From Octopus vulgaris (Eukaryota), in assembly GCA_951406725.2 (NCBI GenBank), contig OX597827.1, positions 8,680,001 to 8,744,000 of the forward strand: DNA of 64,000 nt. Reading direction: 5' to 3'. The notes below the pieces were generated by a model. It was not told the origin of the DNA and searched no databases. It was given only the letters and a program-made list of their open reading frames with translations. The position numbers were made by a program, and so were the translations under genes. The stretch's first letter is position 1; every line of letters starts with the position of its first letter. Below, in pieces: positions 51,075 through 63,867 of this stretch.

Positions 51075-52210
51075 GACGACGAGGAGGAGGGGGAAGAGGA
51101 GGAGGGGGAAGAGGGGAGGGAAAGAGGAAGGGAAGGAGGGGATGGGTAGCAGGGGGAGGAAGAGGAGGAGGAAGGGGAAGATGAAGATGAGGATGAGGAG
51201 GAAGATGAAGATGAAGATGAGGATGAGGAGGAAGATGAAGATGAGGATGAGGAGGAAGATGAAGATGATGAGGAGGAAGATGAGGAGGATGAGGAGGAAG
51301 ATGAAGATGATGAGGAGGAAGATGAAGAGGAGGAAGATGAAGAGGGAAGAGGAGGAGGAAGATGAGGAGGAAGATGAGGAGGAAGATGATGAGGAGGAGG
51401 AGGAGGAGGAGGAAGATGAAGATGATGAGGAGGATGAAGATGATGAGGAGGAAGATGAAGAGGGAAGAGGAGGAGGAAGATGAAGATGATGAGGAGGAAG
51501 ATGAAGAGGAGGAAGAGGAGGAGGAAGATGAGGAGGAAGATGAGGAGGAAGATGAGGAGGAAGATGATGAGGAGGAGGAGGAGGAGGAGGAAGATGAAGA
51601 TGATGAGGAGGAAGATGAAGATGATGAGGAGGAAGATGAAGAGGGAAGAGGAGGAGGAAGATGAAGATGATGAGGAGGAAGATGAAGATGATGAGGAGGA
51701 AGATGAAGATGATGAGGAGGAAGATGAAGAGGAGGAAGATGAAGAGGGAAGAGGAGGAGGAGGAGGAAGAAGAAGGGGAGGAAGAGGAGGGGGAGGGAGG
51801 AGGAGGAGGAGGAGGAGGAGGAGGAAGATGAAGAGGGAAGAGGAGGAGGAGGAAGAAGAAGGGGAGGAAGAGGAGGGGGAGGGAGAGGAGGAGGAGGAGG
51901 AGGAGGAGGGGGGGAAGATGAAGAGGGAAGAGGAGGAGGAGGAGGAAGAAGAAGGGGAGGAAGAGGAGGGGGAGGGAGAGGAGGAGGAGGAGGAGGAGGA
52001 GGGGGAAGATGAAGAGGGAAGAGGAGGAGGAGGAGGAAGAAGAAGGGGAGGAAGAGGAGGGGGAGGGAGAGGAGGAGGAGGGAGAGGAGGAGGAGGAGGA
52101 GGAGGAGGAAGAGGAAGGGGGAGGAGGAGGGGGAGAAGGTGGGGAGGATGATGAGGAAGGCAATGACAATGACCATGATGACAATGAGGGCAAGGATGAG
52201 GAAGGGTAGG
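51075..52210. repeat. ~1.1-kb purine-rich (GAG/GAA/GAT)n array with higher-order units
   Basis: Almost exclusively G/A plus T of GAT; the block gatgaagagggaagaggaggagga recurs. Confidence 0.95.
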
Positions 52211-52708
52211 AACATGTCGATGATGATGATGGTATGAATATGATCTTGAAACTGACTACTGAAAATTCCAACCGTTATTTGATACAGGGATCAGTCTTTT
52301 GGAACCCCTATAATCAACAAGGTTATTCTTCACAATTACATGAGAGAAAAAAAAAACAAAAAAAAACTAAAAGCAAAACATCAAAAAAAAATACTTTATT
52401 ACAAATTCTCTCACATTAGCTCTAAAGCACTCTGAGAATTATTTAGAAATATTATTTGAGATTAGCTTCTGCTGTTAAAAATTAATTAATTATGAAGTGA
52501 AAAGGTATCGTTTTTTTTTTTTTTTGCCTTTTATTCTTGGGTCTTTCTGAATATTTCACTTTTAAATATGTTGAATTTTACGTGTTCTTGTACATTGGTG
52601 TTTGTATCAGAACAGCTTATAAATAAGATCTGGTTAAGATTTCCCCTCCACACTAACTCAGAATTGCAGTAGCTTTATTCTCATTATATGTGTGTATGTT
52701 TGATATAT

Positions 52709-52938
52709 ATTTCTTTACTACCCACAAGGGGCTAAACACAGAGGGGACAAACAAGGACAGACAAAGGGATTTAGTCGATTACATCGACCCCAGTGTGTAA
52801 CTGGTACTTAATTTATCGACCCCGAAAGGATGAAAGGCAAAGTCGACCTCGGCGGAATTTGAACTCAGAACGTAACGGCAGACGAAATACGGCTTCGCAT
52901 TTCGCCCGGCGTGCTACCGTTTCTGCCAGCTCGCCGCC
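52709..52938 (-). mobile_element. Young SINE2 copy with 16-bp TSD
   Basis: tgtatgtttgatatat at 52693-52708 and 52939-52954. Confidence 0.93.
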
Positions 52939-53055
52939 TGTATGTTTGATATATGTGTGTGTGAATGTGTGTATGTGCACGTGAGTGTTTGAATCTGTGT
53001 ATGCCCTTGTTTGTGTGTCTGTGTATGTGTATGTGTTTATATGTTTATAAGTGTA

Positions 53056-53465
53056 GGCGTAGGAGTGGCTGTGTGGTAAGTAGCTTGCTTATGAACCACA
53101 TGGTTCTGGGTTCAGTCCCACTGCGTGGCACTTTGGGCAAGTGTCTTCTACTATAGCCTTGGGCTGACCAAAGCCTTGTGAGTGGATTTGGTAGACGGAA
53201 ACTGAAAGAAGCCCGTCGTATATATGTATATATATATATGTATGTGTGTGTGTTTATATGTTTGTGTTTGTCCCCCCAATATCGCTTGACAACTGATGCT
53301 GGTGTGTGTACGTCCCTGTAACTAAGTGGTTCGGCAAAAATGACCGATAGAATAAGTACTAGGCTTACAAAGAATAAATCCTGGGGTCGATTTGCTTGTC
53401 TAAAGGCAGTTCTCCAGCATGGCCACAGTCAAATGACTGAAACAATTAAAAGAGTAAAAGAGTAA
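53056..53465 (+). mobile_element. SINE family 1 full-length copy
   Basis: A/B boxes, central microsatellite, GTAAAAGA tail. Confidence 0.92.
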
Positions 53466-53619
53466 GTGTATATGCGAGGAAACAAATATTTAGTCTTCTT
53501 CAGAAAATATAACCTGGGGACAAATCACAAGAGCTTTGGCAGCCACTATGCATATGCATTCACACACACACACACATAAAAGTACATGTATTTTCATATA
53601 TATATATATATATATATAT

Positions 53620-54022
53620 AGGAGTGGCTGTGTGGTAAGTAGCTTGCTAACCAACCACATGGTTCTGGGTTCAGTCCCACTGCATGGCATCTTAGGCAAG
53701 TGTCTTCTGCTTTAGCCCCAGGCCGACCAATGCCTTGTGAGTGGATTTGGTAGACGGAAACTGAAAGAAGCCTGTCGTATATATGTATATATATATAAGT
53801 GTGAGTGTATATGTTTGTGTCTGTGTTTGTCCCCCTAGCATTGCTTGACAACCGATGCTGGTGTGTTTACATCCCCGTCACTTAGCGGTTCGGCAAAAGA
53901 GACCGATAGAATAAGTACTGGGCTTACAAAGAATAAGTCCCGGGGTTGAGTTGCTCGACTAAAGGCAGTGCTCCATCATGGCCGCAGTCAAATGACTGAA
54001 ACAAGTAAAAGAGTAAAAGAGT
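53620..54022 (+). mobile_element. SINE family 1 near full-length copy
   Basis: A/B boxes, central microsatellite, GTAAAAGA tail. Confidence 0.92.
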
Positions 54023-54878
54023 ATATATGAACGGATATACGCACTAATAAACACACATGCAAGTATACAATATATCATCATACATAAGTCACCCCTCCTT
54101 TGTGTTTGCAATATTATTTTGGCTTCAGCCCTTGACACATACTAAAAGTCGCATGTTGCTTTTCATGAATGCTGTTTGCAACTTTGCTGGCGTTTGCATT
54201 TAAATAATGAACACAATTAGCTAGCATTATCCAAATCATTGCCAATACTGTCTAGCAAAGTTGCAGAGCCATAGATATCATAGCAATGCTTTTCTATGAT
54301 CTATGATCTATGCCTGGAACAAACAGACCAGCCTGTGCTTTTAAATCACCTCTCCTGATTGACTGATAACATAAACACTATCTAATGGGAATTATGATTA
54401 CAGCCAAATGATAGAGAACTGTGTATGTATGTTCTGTGCACATGGAGGGTGTGATATATTGATTCATGTTACTGTTTATCATCATAAGAACATTTATTTT
54501 ATGATAAACTCTAATTTTGCTTAAGTGGTTGCGTTTGTCTCCATGCATAATGTCATCAATGACTATTTGTACAAAGCAGTGATATTCTTATAGACTGTGT
54601 AGTGTTATGACCAATGAGTCCTACTTACTGATTTGTTTAATTCCCATAGTCATAAAGCTGTAGCCCCAACTACTTGTTTAGGTGAACTATGATTTTGTTT
54701 CCACGGTTCATTCCAAGGTATATTTGCTGCTTTCTTCTAAGGAATCTAATGCTCTTAGCTTAGTTTTTTCCTTGGGGCTAGCCAGATTGGAGCAAACTCG
54801 TCCCCTTTTTTTGTATCACCTAACTGTCTGGATGTTTTGCATTCTTGTCCCATTTTTGTATATATATATATATATATG

Positions 54879-54924
<46 letters not shown>

Positions 54925-54927
<3 letters not shown>

Positions 54928-55211
54928 AGGTGCACGCACATGGGTGTGCGGGCACACATGTGTAGGTATGAACAGGTGTGCTTACGCAAATACTATGAAC
55001 GTTTTATCCCCTTACTTGGCAGTCATTCGAATAGCTCTTTTGTCTTAATAACGGTCAATCACACAGTAATTTTCCCTTTGTATAATGGTCATTTTTCATA
55101 GTATTTTTCTGCTGGACGGATAACTGAAGAGATGGCAGCGTGTATTTCTACCTTGGCATCCGAAACTCAGAGTTTTATCATGGCTACCGAATAATTGTCA
55201 GATATTACATT

Positions 55212-55215
<4 letters not shown>
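54925..55215 (+). mobile_element. (TA)n-embedded non-coding element carrying a hammerhead
   Basis: Long TA tracts on both sides; contains 55119-55179. Confidence 0.7.
55119..55179 (+). ncRNA. Type I hammerhead ribozyme motif (GUU site)
   Basis: GATAA CTGAAGA GATG...CATC C GAAA CTCAGAG T T TTATC: 5-bp helix I, 4-bp stem II, stem III ACTCAGAGT identical to that at 48660-48668. Confidence 0.78.
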
Positions 55216-55284
<69 letters not shown>

Positions 55285-55981
55285 TTGTATGTATGTATAT
55301 GTATATATATGTATATATATATGCATATATATATGTGTGTGTGTGAGTTTCTATTTACCAAATCCACTCTCAAGGCTTTGGTCAATTCCAGACACTTGCC
55401 CAAGGTGCCATGCAGTGGGACTGAACCTGGAACCATGTGGCTGGAAAACAAGCTTCTTATCAAATAGCCGTCTACACCTAACATATGTATTATATTATAT
55501 TATTTTGTATTATATTTTAAATACATACATACATACATACATATGGTTATACACACACAGGAAGAATATTGATAGTAGATTTTCCTTTTTGTTATTTATT
55601 TTTCTTTTGTATTCAACATTGTTTTGTACATTATGTATGATAACATTAACATGCACCAACATATTTTAAGTTGACTTTCCTTCTTATTTAAAAGCAATTT
55701 GTGCACTAAACTACTTGCACCAAAATTGCCAACCACCTACATAAGCACACTATGCAGTTATAGTGATACTGTCTTAAATTTACATGATAGTTGTTATTCG
55801 GAAATAACTTTCAAGAGCCACTAATAAACCATGGCAATGCAATGGCTGTATTTTCTAAGCCAAATATGTAAACATACAGTACAATCTGCAGGCAAAATAA
55901 ATCATTTATGAGAAGAGAATTAAATATTTAGATACTCTTTGAAACTTAACTTTAATACAGTCTGGTAAAAGATTTGAAAGA

Positions 55982-56027
<46 letters not shown>

Positions 56028-56030
<3 letters not shown>

Positions 56031-56246
56031 TAAATATAAGGTTAGCAAAAAATTCTAGAAAAAATTCTCCGCTACCAGCGGTCCAGCGAGAAAGGAAAGA
56101 TAGTCAAAGACTATATAATATACATTCAAAAATATAAGGAATCGCCATAATTCAATTTCAGAATTATAACTGTTAGCAGTTTGAGTTTGGCTGCTCTTTT
56201 TAGTGAGTCGAATGTCCTATTATGGCCATTCCTTATATTTTTGAAT
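56028..56246. mobile_element. Family A fragment with inverted 5' segment
   Basis: 56028-56150 is the reverse complement of ~7610-7735; 56153-56246 is a forward match to ~8000-8093 with the same ...tttgaat|(TA)n end. Confidence 0.82.
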
Positions 56247-56296
56247 ATATATATATATATATATATACACCCACACACATATATACACCCGCCTCC

Positions 56297-56345
<49 letters not shown>

Positions 56346-56964
56346 AACTGAAGATTCAGCATATTTAATTACCAGTTAAATACTCTGTAACAGTTTTATC
56401 CTGCAAAAACCTGTCTTTGGATTTTAACCAACAATCCATCAGTCAATGTAGGAACCCTTACAAGGGAGGTTACTTAACCTGCTAAAAATAGCAGTTACTG
56501 TATATGATACGGAAAAATGATATCTAGAACAACATTGGTTAATGTAGTATTATCTTTAATCATGTTTCTTTTGCTTGTTTCAGTCACTGGATTGCAGCCA
56601 TACCAGGGTTTAGTTGGGCAAATTGACGCCCAGTACTTATTTTTTAAACTTCATACTTGCTTTAGCCATCTCTGTACCATTTAGTAGCCGTTGGTGGAGG
56701 AAGCACAAAATCGTTTAAGTCAGAGGCTCTGTAGCCTCAGTAGTAATAGTAGAAAAGGCAGTGTGAAAAGACAACACATCTATGACCCAGGGATTGGAGT
56801 GAGTTGTAGGGGGCGACTTCATATTTAATGGAATCTTTAGAGCACTAGACAAAATGTCTTGTGGTATCTGCTCACAACACTCTACATTCTGAGTTCAAAT
56901 CCCAACGAGAGCTGACATTGACTTTGATTGTGAAATTAAATTTTATGATTATAACTCAATTTGA

Positions 56965-57264
56965 TGACTGGCATCCATGCTAGTGGAGCACTAAGAGCAC
57001 CATCCGAGCATGATCGTTGCCAGAGCGGCTAACTGGCTTCCATGCTGGTGGCAGGTAAAAAGCACCATTCAAGCATGATTGTTACCAGCGTCGCTGGTGG
57101 CCAGTAAAAGTACCCACTGCATTCTCGAAGTGGGTGGCGTTGGGAAGGGCATCCAGCTGTAGAAACTCTGCCAGATCAAGATTGGAGTATGGTGCAGCCA
57201 TCTGGTTTGCCAGTCCTCAGTCAAATCGTCCAACCCATGCTAGCTTGGAAAGCAGACGTTAAAC

Positions 57265-57313
<49 letters not shown>

Positions 57314-57322
57314 TTGATGATG
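56965..57322 (+). mobile_element. RTE-type 3' UTR with long (GAT)n tail
   Basis: Matches the tail family. Confidence 0.82.
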
Positions 57323-58586
57323 AACAGTAATGATGTTAAATAACTACCAAAAAAAAACAGAATTGGTATTTTCTGCAACTAACTTTGCCTCGATAAACTA
57401 GACATGTCTCAACTGTATATAATTTCAAACATGACATAACTCAACAAAGGTTAGCTTGGTCATAAAATTGCTTTCTACAATGAAGAGTAATGAAATTTTG
57501 ATTTGATATATTTGTTCTCCAAAGTAAAAGGGTTAATAAAGTTTAGCAGGAGAGTCAATAAAAAAAAAGTAACAATCCAGGGTGATGGACTGGCAAAACT
57601 ATAAAAACATCAGACTAAACATCTTGCGGTATTTGGGTCTTGAGTTCAAATCTTGCGAGAGCCTACATGGGTGGTAGACTTAATCTATTGCCTTGTTTAA
57701 CACCACCACCACCATAACAACCTAGAATCTTATGTGTCTTCAGAAGAGTCCACCCTGTTGCAGATATTTGAGACAAGTCTCCAGCTTGAGGATAACTTCC
57801 TCTCCTCACCTCCCACCAGTCTCAGACACTCTGTAGAGAATAATGGGCACTGTCTTATGTCTTGACTAAAAGACAAAAAAAAGAAGAAATTGTTGTTGAT
57901 ATAATCTACTGTTCACCGATCCCAGCCCACTCAAATTTCTGGCCATGTGGCTATAAACAAAATCATTTTCTCATAAGAATTTAGAAACCTCATCAGACAT
58001 GAAATAATCTCATTTTAATGATAGAACAGGATTTTTTTTTTTTTTTCCATCCAAAGTGGTTTCTTTTTCATCCAATAATTACAAGCCAATTATTTATATT
58101 TTTATCTACTTCAAGTTCCATCATTATTTTGTAAATGTATATAAGGCGATGAACTGGCAGAATCATTCGCAAGTCAGGCAATATGCTTACTGGCAGTTCT
58201 TCAGGCTCTTTACATTCTGAGATCAAGTTCCTACGAGGTTGCCCGACCCTTTCATCCTCTCAATGTCAATAAAATAAGTACCAGTTATACACTGGGGTTG
58301 ATGTCATCGACTTAACCCCTACCCTCTTCTAAAACTGCTGACCTTGTGCCAAAATTTGAAACTATTATTTTTTTACCTATTTAAATGCTTACAGCTCCCC
58401 CTTTTTTTTTTACACAATCTTTCACATTATTTCCAATCTCAAAAATTTGAATACTAATGAGGCCATCATAATTATTTCTGCAAAACATATCTAAATCAAC
58501 CAAAGTGCAGTAACGACAAAATTTAATAACAGTTTGGCTACATTACAGCATACTGCAAAACTCCACCCCTTAGACATATATAGACA

Positions 58587-58843
<257 letters not shown>

Positions 58844-59291
58844 ATGGTAGAGGTTGTAAGTTTGACAAATAGTGCCAAAATTATTACTAATGGCATTGAG
58901 AGGAGATTAATCAAGATATTATCAACTACAATAACATTGAATAAATAGAGACTGATAATTGCTTCAGATTATTGTAAGCATTTTTGAATAATAGCAGTGA
59001 TACAGCAGCTGCGTTATTTTATTATTTTTTTTATCATAACACTTATCTTAATAGTAAATTGAAACAGTGATGCTATCACCAAACGATTTAATCACTGGTG
59101 ATGGGATGGCACAGATAGTTGACTGCCAGACTAAATGTTATGAAGTAGTTAGCCTCGTTCCAATAGATTATGAGTTTATAGTCTGTCAATGTTGAATCTA
59201 GCGATTAAAATCTGCATCAACAATATTCAGCAGGTATGACTGAGTGGTCAAGAAGTTCACTGCCCAACGACATGGGTTTGGTTTCAATACC

Positions 59292-59896
59292 TATTTCTTT
59301 ATATTACCCACAAGGGGCTAAACACAGAGGGGACAAACAAGGACAGACATAAGTATTAAGTCGATTACATCGACCTCAGTGCGTAACTGGTACTTAATTT
59401 ATCGACCCCCCGAAAGGATGAAAGGCAAAGTCGACCTCGGCGGAATTTGAACTCACAACGTAACGACAGACGAAATACCTATTTCTTTATTACCCACTAG
59501 GGGCTAAACATAGAGGGGACAAACAAGGACAGACATAGGTATTAAGTCGATTACATCGACCCCAGTGCGTAACTGGTACTTAATTTATCGACCCCCCGAA
59601 AGGATGAAAGGCAAAGTCGACCTCGGCGGAATTTGAACTCACAACGTAACGCAGACGAAATACCTATTTGTTTATTACCCACAGGGAGCTAAACACAGAG
59701 GGGAACAAACAAGGACAGACATAGGTATTAAGTCGATTACATCGACCCCAGTGCGTAACTGGTACTTAATTTATCGACCCCCGAAAGGATGAAAGGCAAA
59801 GTCGACCTCGGCGGAATTTGAACTCAGAACGTAATGCAGACGAAATACCGCTTAGCATTTCGCCCAGCATGCTAACGTTTCTGCCAGCTCACCGCC
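59292..59896 (-). mobile_element. SINE2 with triplicated body inside one 15-bp TSD, nested in an old SINE1 head
   Basis: TSD tttggtttcaatacc (59277-91 / 59898-912); unit junctions gacgaaatacc|tattt at ~59480 and ~59664. Confidence 0.9.
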
Positions 59897-60041
59897 TTTT
59901 GGTTTCAATACCATTGCGTGGCGCCTTGAGCAAGTGCCTTCTACTCTAGCCCTGAGCTCTCCAAAGCCTTATGAGCGGATTTGGTAGAGGAAAAACTGAA
60001 GAATCTTTATGTATATTATATACACGTGTGTGTGTGTGTGT

Positions 60042-60420
60042 GGAAGGGAATTAATGCATTCGAGCTTTGGTGTTGGAGAAGACTTTTGTGGGTTCCATGG
60101 ACAGCAAGGCTCACCGATGGAGAAGTTCTTAACCAGATCAAGCCGAAACTGTCACTGGAAGCTAGGATCACCAAGCACAGATTGGCATATTTTGGTCATA
60201 TTATGCGGAGAAAATTCCTGGAGAAGGACATCATGGTTGGAATGGTCAGTGGCAAGAGAGGAAGAAGCCGACCAAGAACCCGCTGGCTTGACACAATCAA
60301 GAGTGACACGGGAATGGCCGTGGCCAATTTGAAGGAAGTGACCCGGGATAGAACTGGCTGGAGAACACTGATCCATCGAGTAACCGAGAGTCGACTTCAA
60401 CTGAGCGGATAGATAGATAG
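60042..60420 (+). mobile_element. RTE (BovB-like) LINE 3' end with short (GATA)n tail
   Basis: Open frame INAFELWCWRRLLWVPWTARLT...RLAYFGHIMRR...EKDIMVGMVSGKRGRSRPRTRWLD...DRTGWR...HRVTESRLQLSG* then atagatag. Confidence 0.93.
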
Positions 60421-61079
60421 TGTGTGTGTGTGTATTTTGACATCACATTATTGTTGTGTAGATGAATGATATTTATTTCCAATATTCTGCAAAAATGTTT
60501 GGTCAAATGTCTGGTGGTGGCAGCAATGGTGGTGTTGGCATGGTGATGATGTTGATGGTGATCTTGATCATGATTGTAATCGTGATGATACAATGTAATG
60601 TTACTAAATATGCTGAGTTCTTTGTGGTATCAAATACAATTTCTTGCAATATTTATTCTGGTCCTCCCTGACATAAGCTCAACTCAGCTCCTGCTCAGAT
60701 TCTGTTTTACTTTTAATTTGCAAAGTGCTGATAAATAGTAGTCCAGAAAGGTGAAAGAATTGTTTGAGTGTGTGAATGAAATTCCCTATGAACTCTATTC
60801 TGGTTCTATGTACTCTGAGATCAAATTGCACTTCTTATCTCTTATCACTAGTCTTCTTATGATAGGACAAGGATGGGTTTTCAGAACAGAGATAGATAGA
60901 CCTTCACTTGTGTCAGACATCTTAGATGCATCAATATTTAGGAATTTGAACCTTGTACCCAGGAAGATAAATGGAGGGAAAGAAAATATTAAAAAATATA
61001 GTCTCATAGCAAATGCTACAATCACCATCAACATCATGCACAACAATACATCAGCATGGCTGTCACTATGTGGTCATGC

Positions 61080-61555
61080 AACTTGTTAGAAATAGTAGTC
61101 AAATCTCCCTCAAACCAGACCCTGCCATTTAAAAAAAAAAATAAAACATGATTTTTCGACATAGTTCTAGAAATGCAGCATGAAATAAAGATGGGATGGT
61201 CACACACGGAATGACTTTGATCATAAATTTACTCATTGTAAATTCCACTAGAGTTAAACATCATCATCATCATCTCACGCTCAAGAAGTTAAGAGAAGAT
61301 CCTCTATGTGGATACATGGCCTTCTAGAAATAGCAGCCAAATTTTTACCTCAAACCATACACTATTATCTTAAAAACAAACAAAATAAGAAAATGAATGA
61401 TACATTAGATAATGCAGTCCTAGATACACAGTGGCTAAACTAAAAAGAGGCTGCATGATCACAGCTGGAACACGTTTTCATAAGTTGATTTTTTTTCCAT
61501 TGGGAATGATCCGAATCTAAACAAGAAGAACAGCAACAACAACAGTGACAACAAG
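61080..61555 (+). mobile_element. Two tandem ancient SINE-like 3' fragments (tagaaatagcagccaaat...aaacaacaac type)
   Basis: Mutually similar; related decayed copies at ~24200-24360 and ~1615-1830 (minus). Confidence 0.5.
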
Positions 61556-62030
61556 ATGCTCATTGGAATTGTATTTATATAAAAGTCTAAAGAGAGAAAA
61601 AATAATTCACTTGTATGAGAACCACATGTTTCTGAAGGGTAGTATTGACATTCCTGTCTGCTGATGTTGTGAATGTTGTGTCTGCTTTTAAACTAAACAG
61701 GATGCAGTGTGACTACATGGCTTGCTAGACGCATTTAGCAAGCAAGATATAACTGACCAATGATACCAGGAATAAACATAGTTATTGAAGTAAACATATT
61801 GCCAGTATGGTTTGTGATATCTTGTCAAAGAAGAATCAGTTTTAGAAAGCAATGGCTAAAAGTAAAGATGACAGCATGAGAATCTTTTAAGAACAGTGCA
61901 GCAGTAGTTATTTCTGTATATAATTGCATCAATGTAAAAGGAGATAATTTCAGCTTCTTAAATACTTGTCTAATTTTGCTACACAATCTTGTTAGGATAA
62001 TCTTTATTTCTAATAGTCATATTGCATTGT

Positions 62031-62436
62031 CTCTTTTACTCTTTTATTTGTTTCAGTCATTTGACTGCGGCCATGCTGGAGCACCACCTTTAATCGAGCA
62101 ACTCGACCCCGGGACTTATTCTTTGTAAGCCCAGTACTTATTCTATCAGTCTCTTTTGCCGAACCGCTAAGTGACGGGGACGTAAACACACCAGCATCGG
62201 TTGTCAAGCAATGCTAGGGGGACAAACACAGACACACAAACACACACACACACACATATATATATACATATATACGACAGGCTTCTTTCAGATTCCGTCT
62301 ACCAAATCCACTCAGAAGGCTTTGGTCGGCCCGGGGCTATAGCAGAAGACATTTGCCCAATATGCCACGCAGTGGGACTGAACCCGAAACCATGTGGTTG
62401 GTAAGCAAGCTACTTACCACATAGCCACTCCTGCGC
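62031..62436 (-). mobile_element. SINE family 1 full-length copy
   Basis: Matches SINE1. Confidence 0.92.
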
Positions 62437-63427
62437 CACTCCTGTCTGAATATAATAAAGACATGAGTATTGATTTACAACATAAACACAGGGCCTCGAA
62501 TGAGCACAGTTGATTAGACTGATGTACAACTCAATTGGTACGTATTTTATTGACTCCAGAAGGATGAAAGGGAAAGTTAGTCTCTGTGGGATTTGAACAC
62601 TAAACACAAAGATGTACAACTAAATACTGCACAATATTTTAGTCCATTAATTTACTCATTCTGCTAAGCCAATTTATCACCCTTTAAACACACGAATATT
62701 AATGCCATGATAGTAACACAACTGAAGGTGGTGGTGTTGGTGGTGGTGTTGGTGTTGGTGTTGGTGGTAGTGGTGGTGGTGTTGGTGGTGGCGGTGGCGG
62801 CGGTGGTGGTGGTGGTAGAACACTTAACTCTTGATGGAGTTGAAGGGGCACCATTATGACATAGTGTGCCTTGGTCATCTTTAAAACCTGGCAAAGCCAT
62901 TCTTCCCAAGGCACGTGTGTGTGTGTGTGTGTGTATGTGAGGGAGAGAGGAGGAAGAGGAGAGAGCTGAGAAGAAAGTGAGAGAGAGAGAGACAGTGAGA
63001 GAGAAGAGAGAGAGAGAGAGACAGTGAGAGAGAAGAGAGAGAGAGACAGAGAGAGAGAAGAGAGAAAAGAACCAATCTCCCAGTACTTGATTAGTTATTT
63101 ATTTATTGACCTCAAAATCTTCAAAGGTAGAGTTGACCCCAGCAGAATTTGAACTCGGAATTCAGAGCGCTAGATCAATACTGCATTGCATTCTATCCAA
63201 TGCTCTAATGACTCTACCAATCAACCACTATAGAATGGAAGGCTCTCAATCAGATAAGATTTCTTTGAAGTTCCTAAACAGTCATATTCTTCTCTGAGTG
63301 TAACCTTGAAGCCATCAGTTTATATAACCAGAGCCTGTCATTAACTATAGTGACCATCACTAACCATGGAAGGAAAGCTGTCGCAGATCCCACAAATTAC
63401 ATGACACCTTAAGAATGATATATCTTT

Positions 63428-63853
63428 TATTATTTACTTGTTACAGCCACTAGACTGCAGCCAAGGGTTCAAGTGAAACAAGAGCAACCCCCAGTACTTT
63501 TTTTTTTTTTGTATTTTTAAGTCTGGCTTTTATTCTACTGGTCTGTTTTGCCAAATCACAAAGTTATAGGGATGTTAACAAACCAACACCAGTTGTTAAG
63601 CCATGTTGGGGGACAAACCCAAATGTGATGATTCACACACAAACACGCACTCACACATACATACACACTCACACACATACATATAAACAAAGGGCTTCCC
63701 CACAGTTTCCATCACCCAAACTTACTCACAAAGCATTGGTCAACCTGGGGTTATAGTCAAAAACACTTGCCCAAGGTTCTATACAATGGGACTGAACCCA
63801 AAACCACATAGCTGTTAAGCAAGCTTCTTAACTGCACAGCCATGCCTGAGCCT
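63428..63853 (-). mobile_element. Older SINE1-related copy
   Basis: Degenerate match to SINE1. Confidence 0.7.
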
Positions 63854-63867
63854 ATATATATATATAT

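Noticed and set aside
50904-52271. 455-aa and 407-aa ORFs and acidic + strand ORFs
   Set aside because: Trinucleotide purine array open in several frames on both strands, with frame-breaking units and no splice or domain evidence.
60751-61089. 112-aa non-repetitive ORF
   Set aside because: GTG start, no recognisable domain or convincing splice sites, and it runs into an old SINE fragment.
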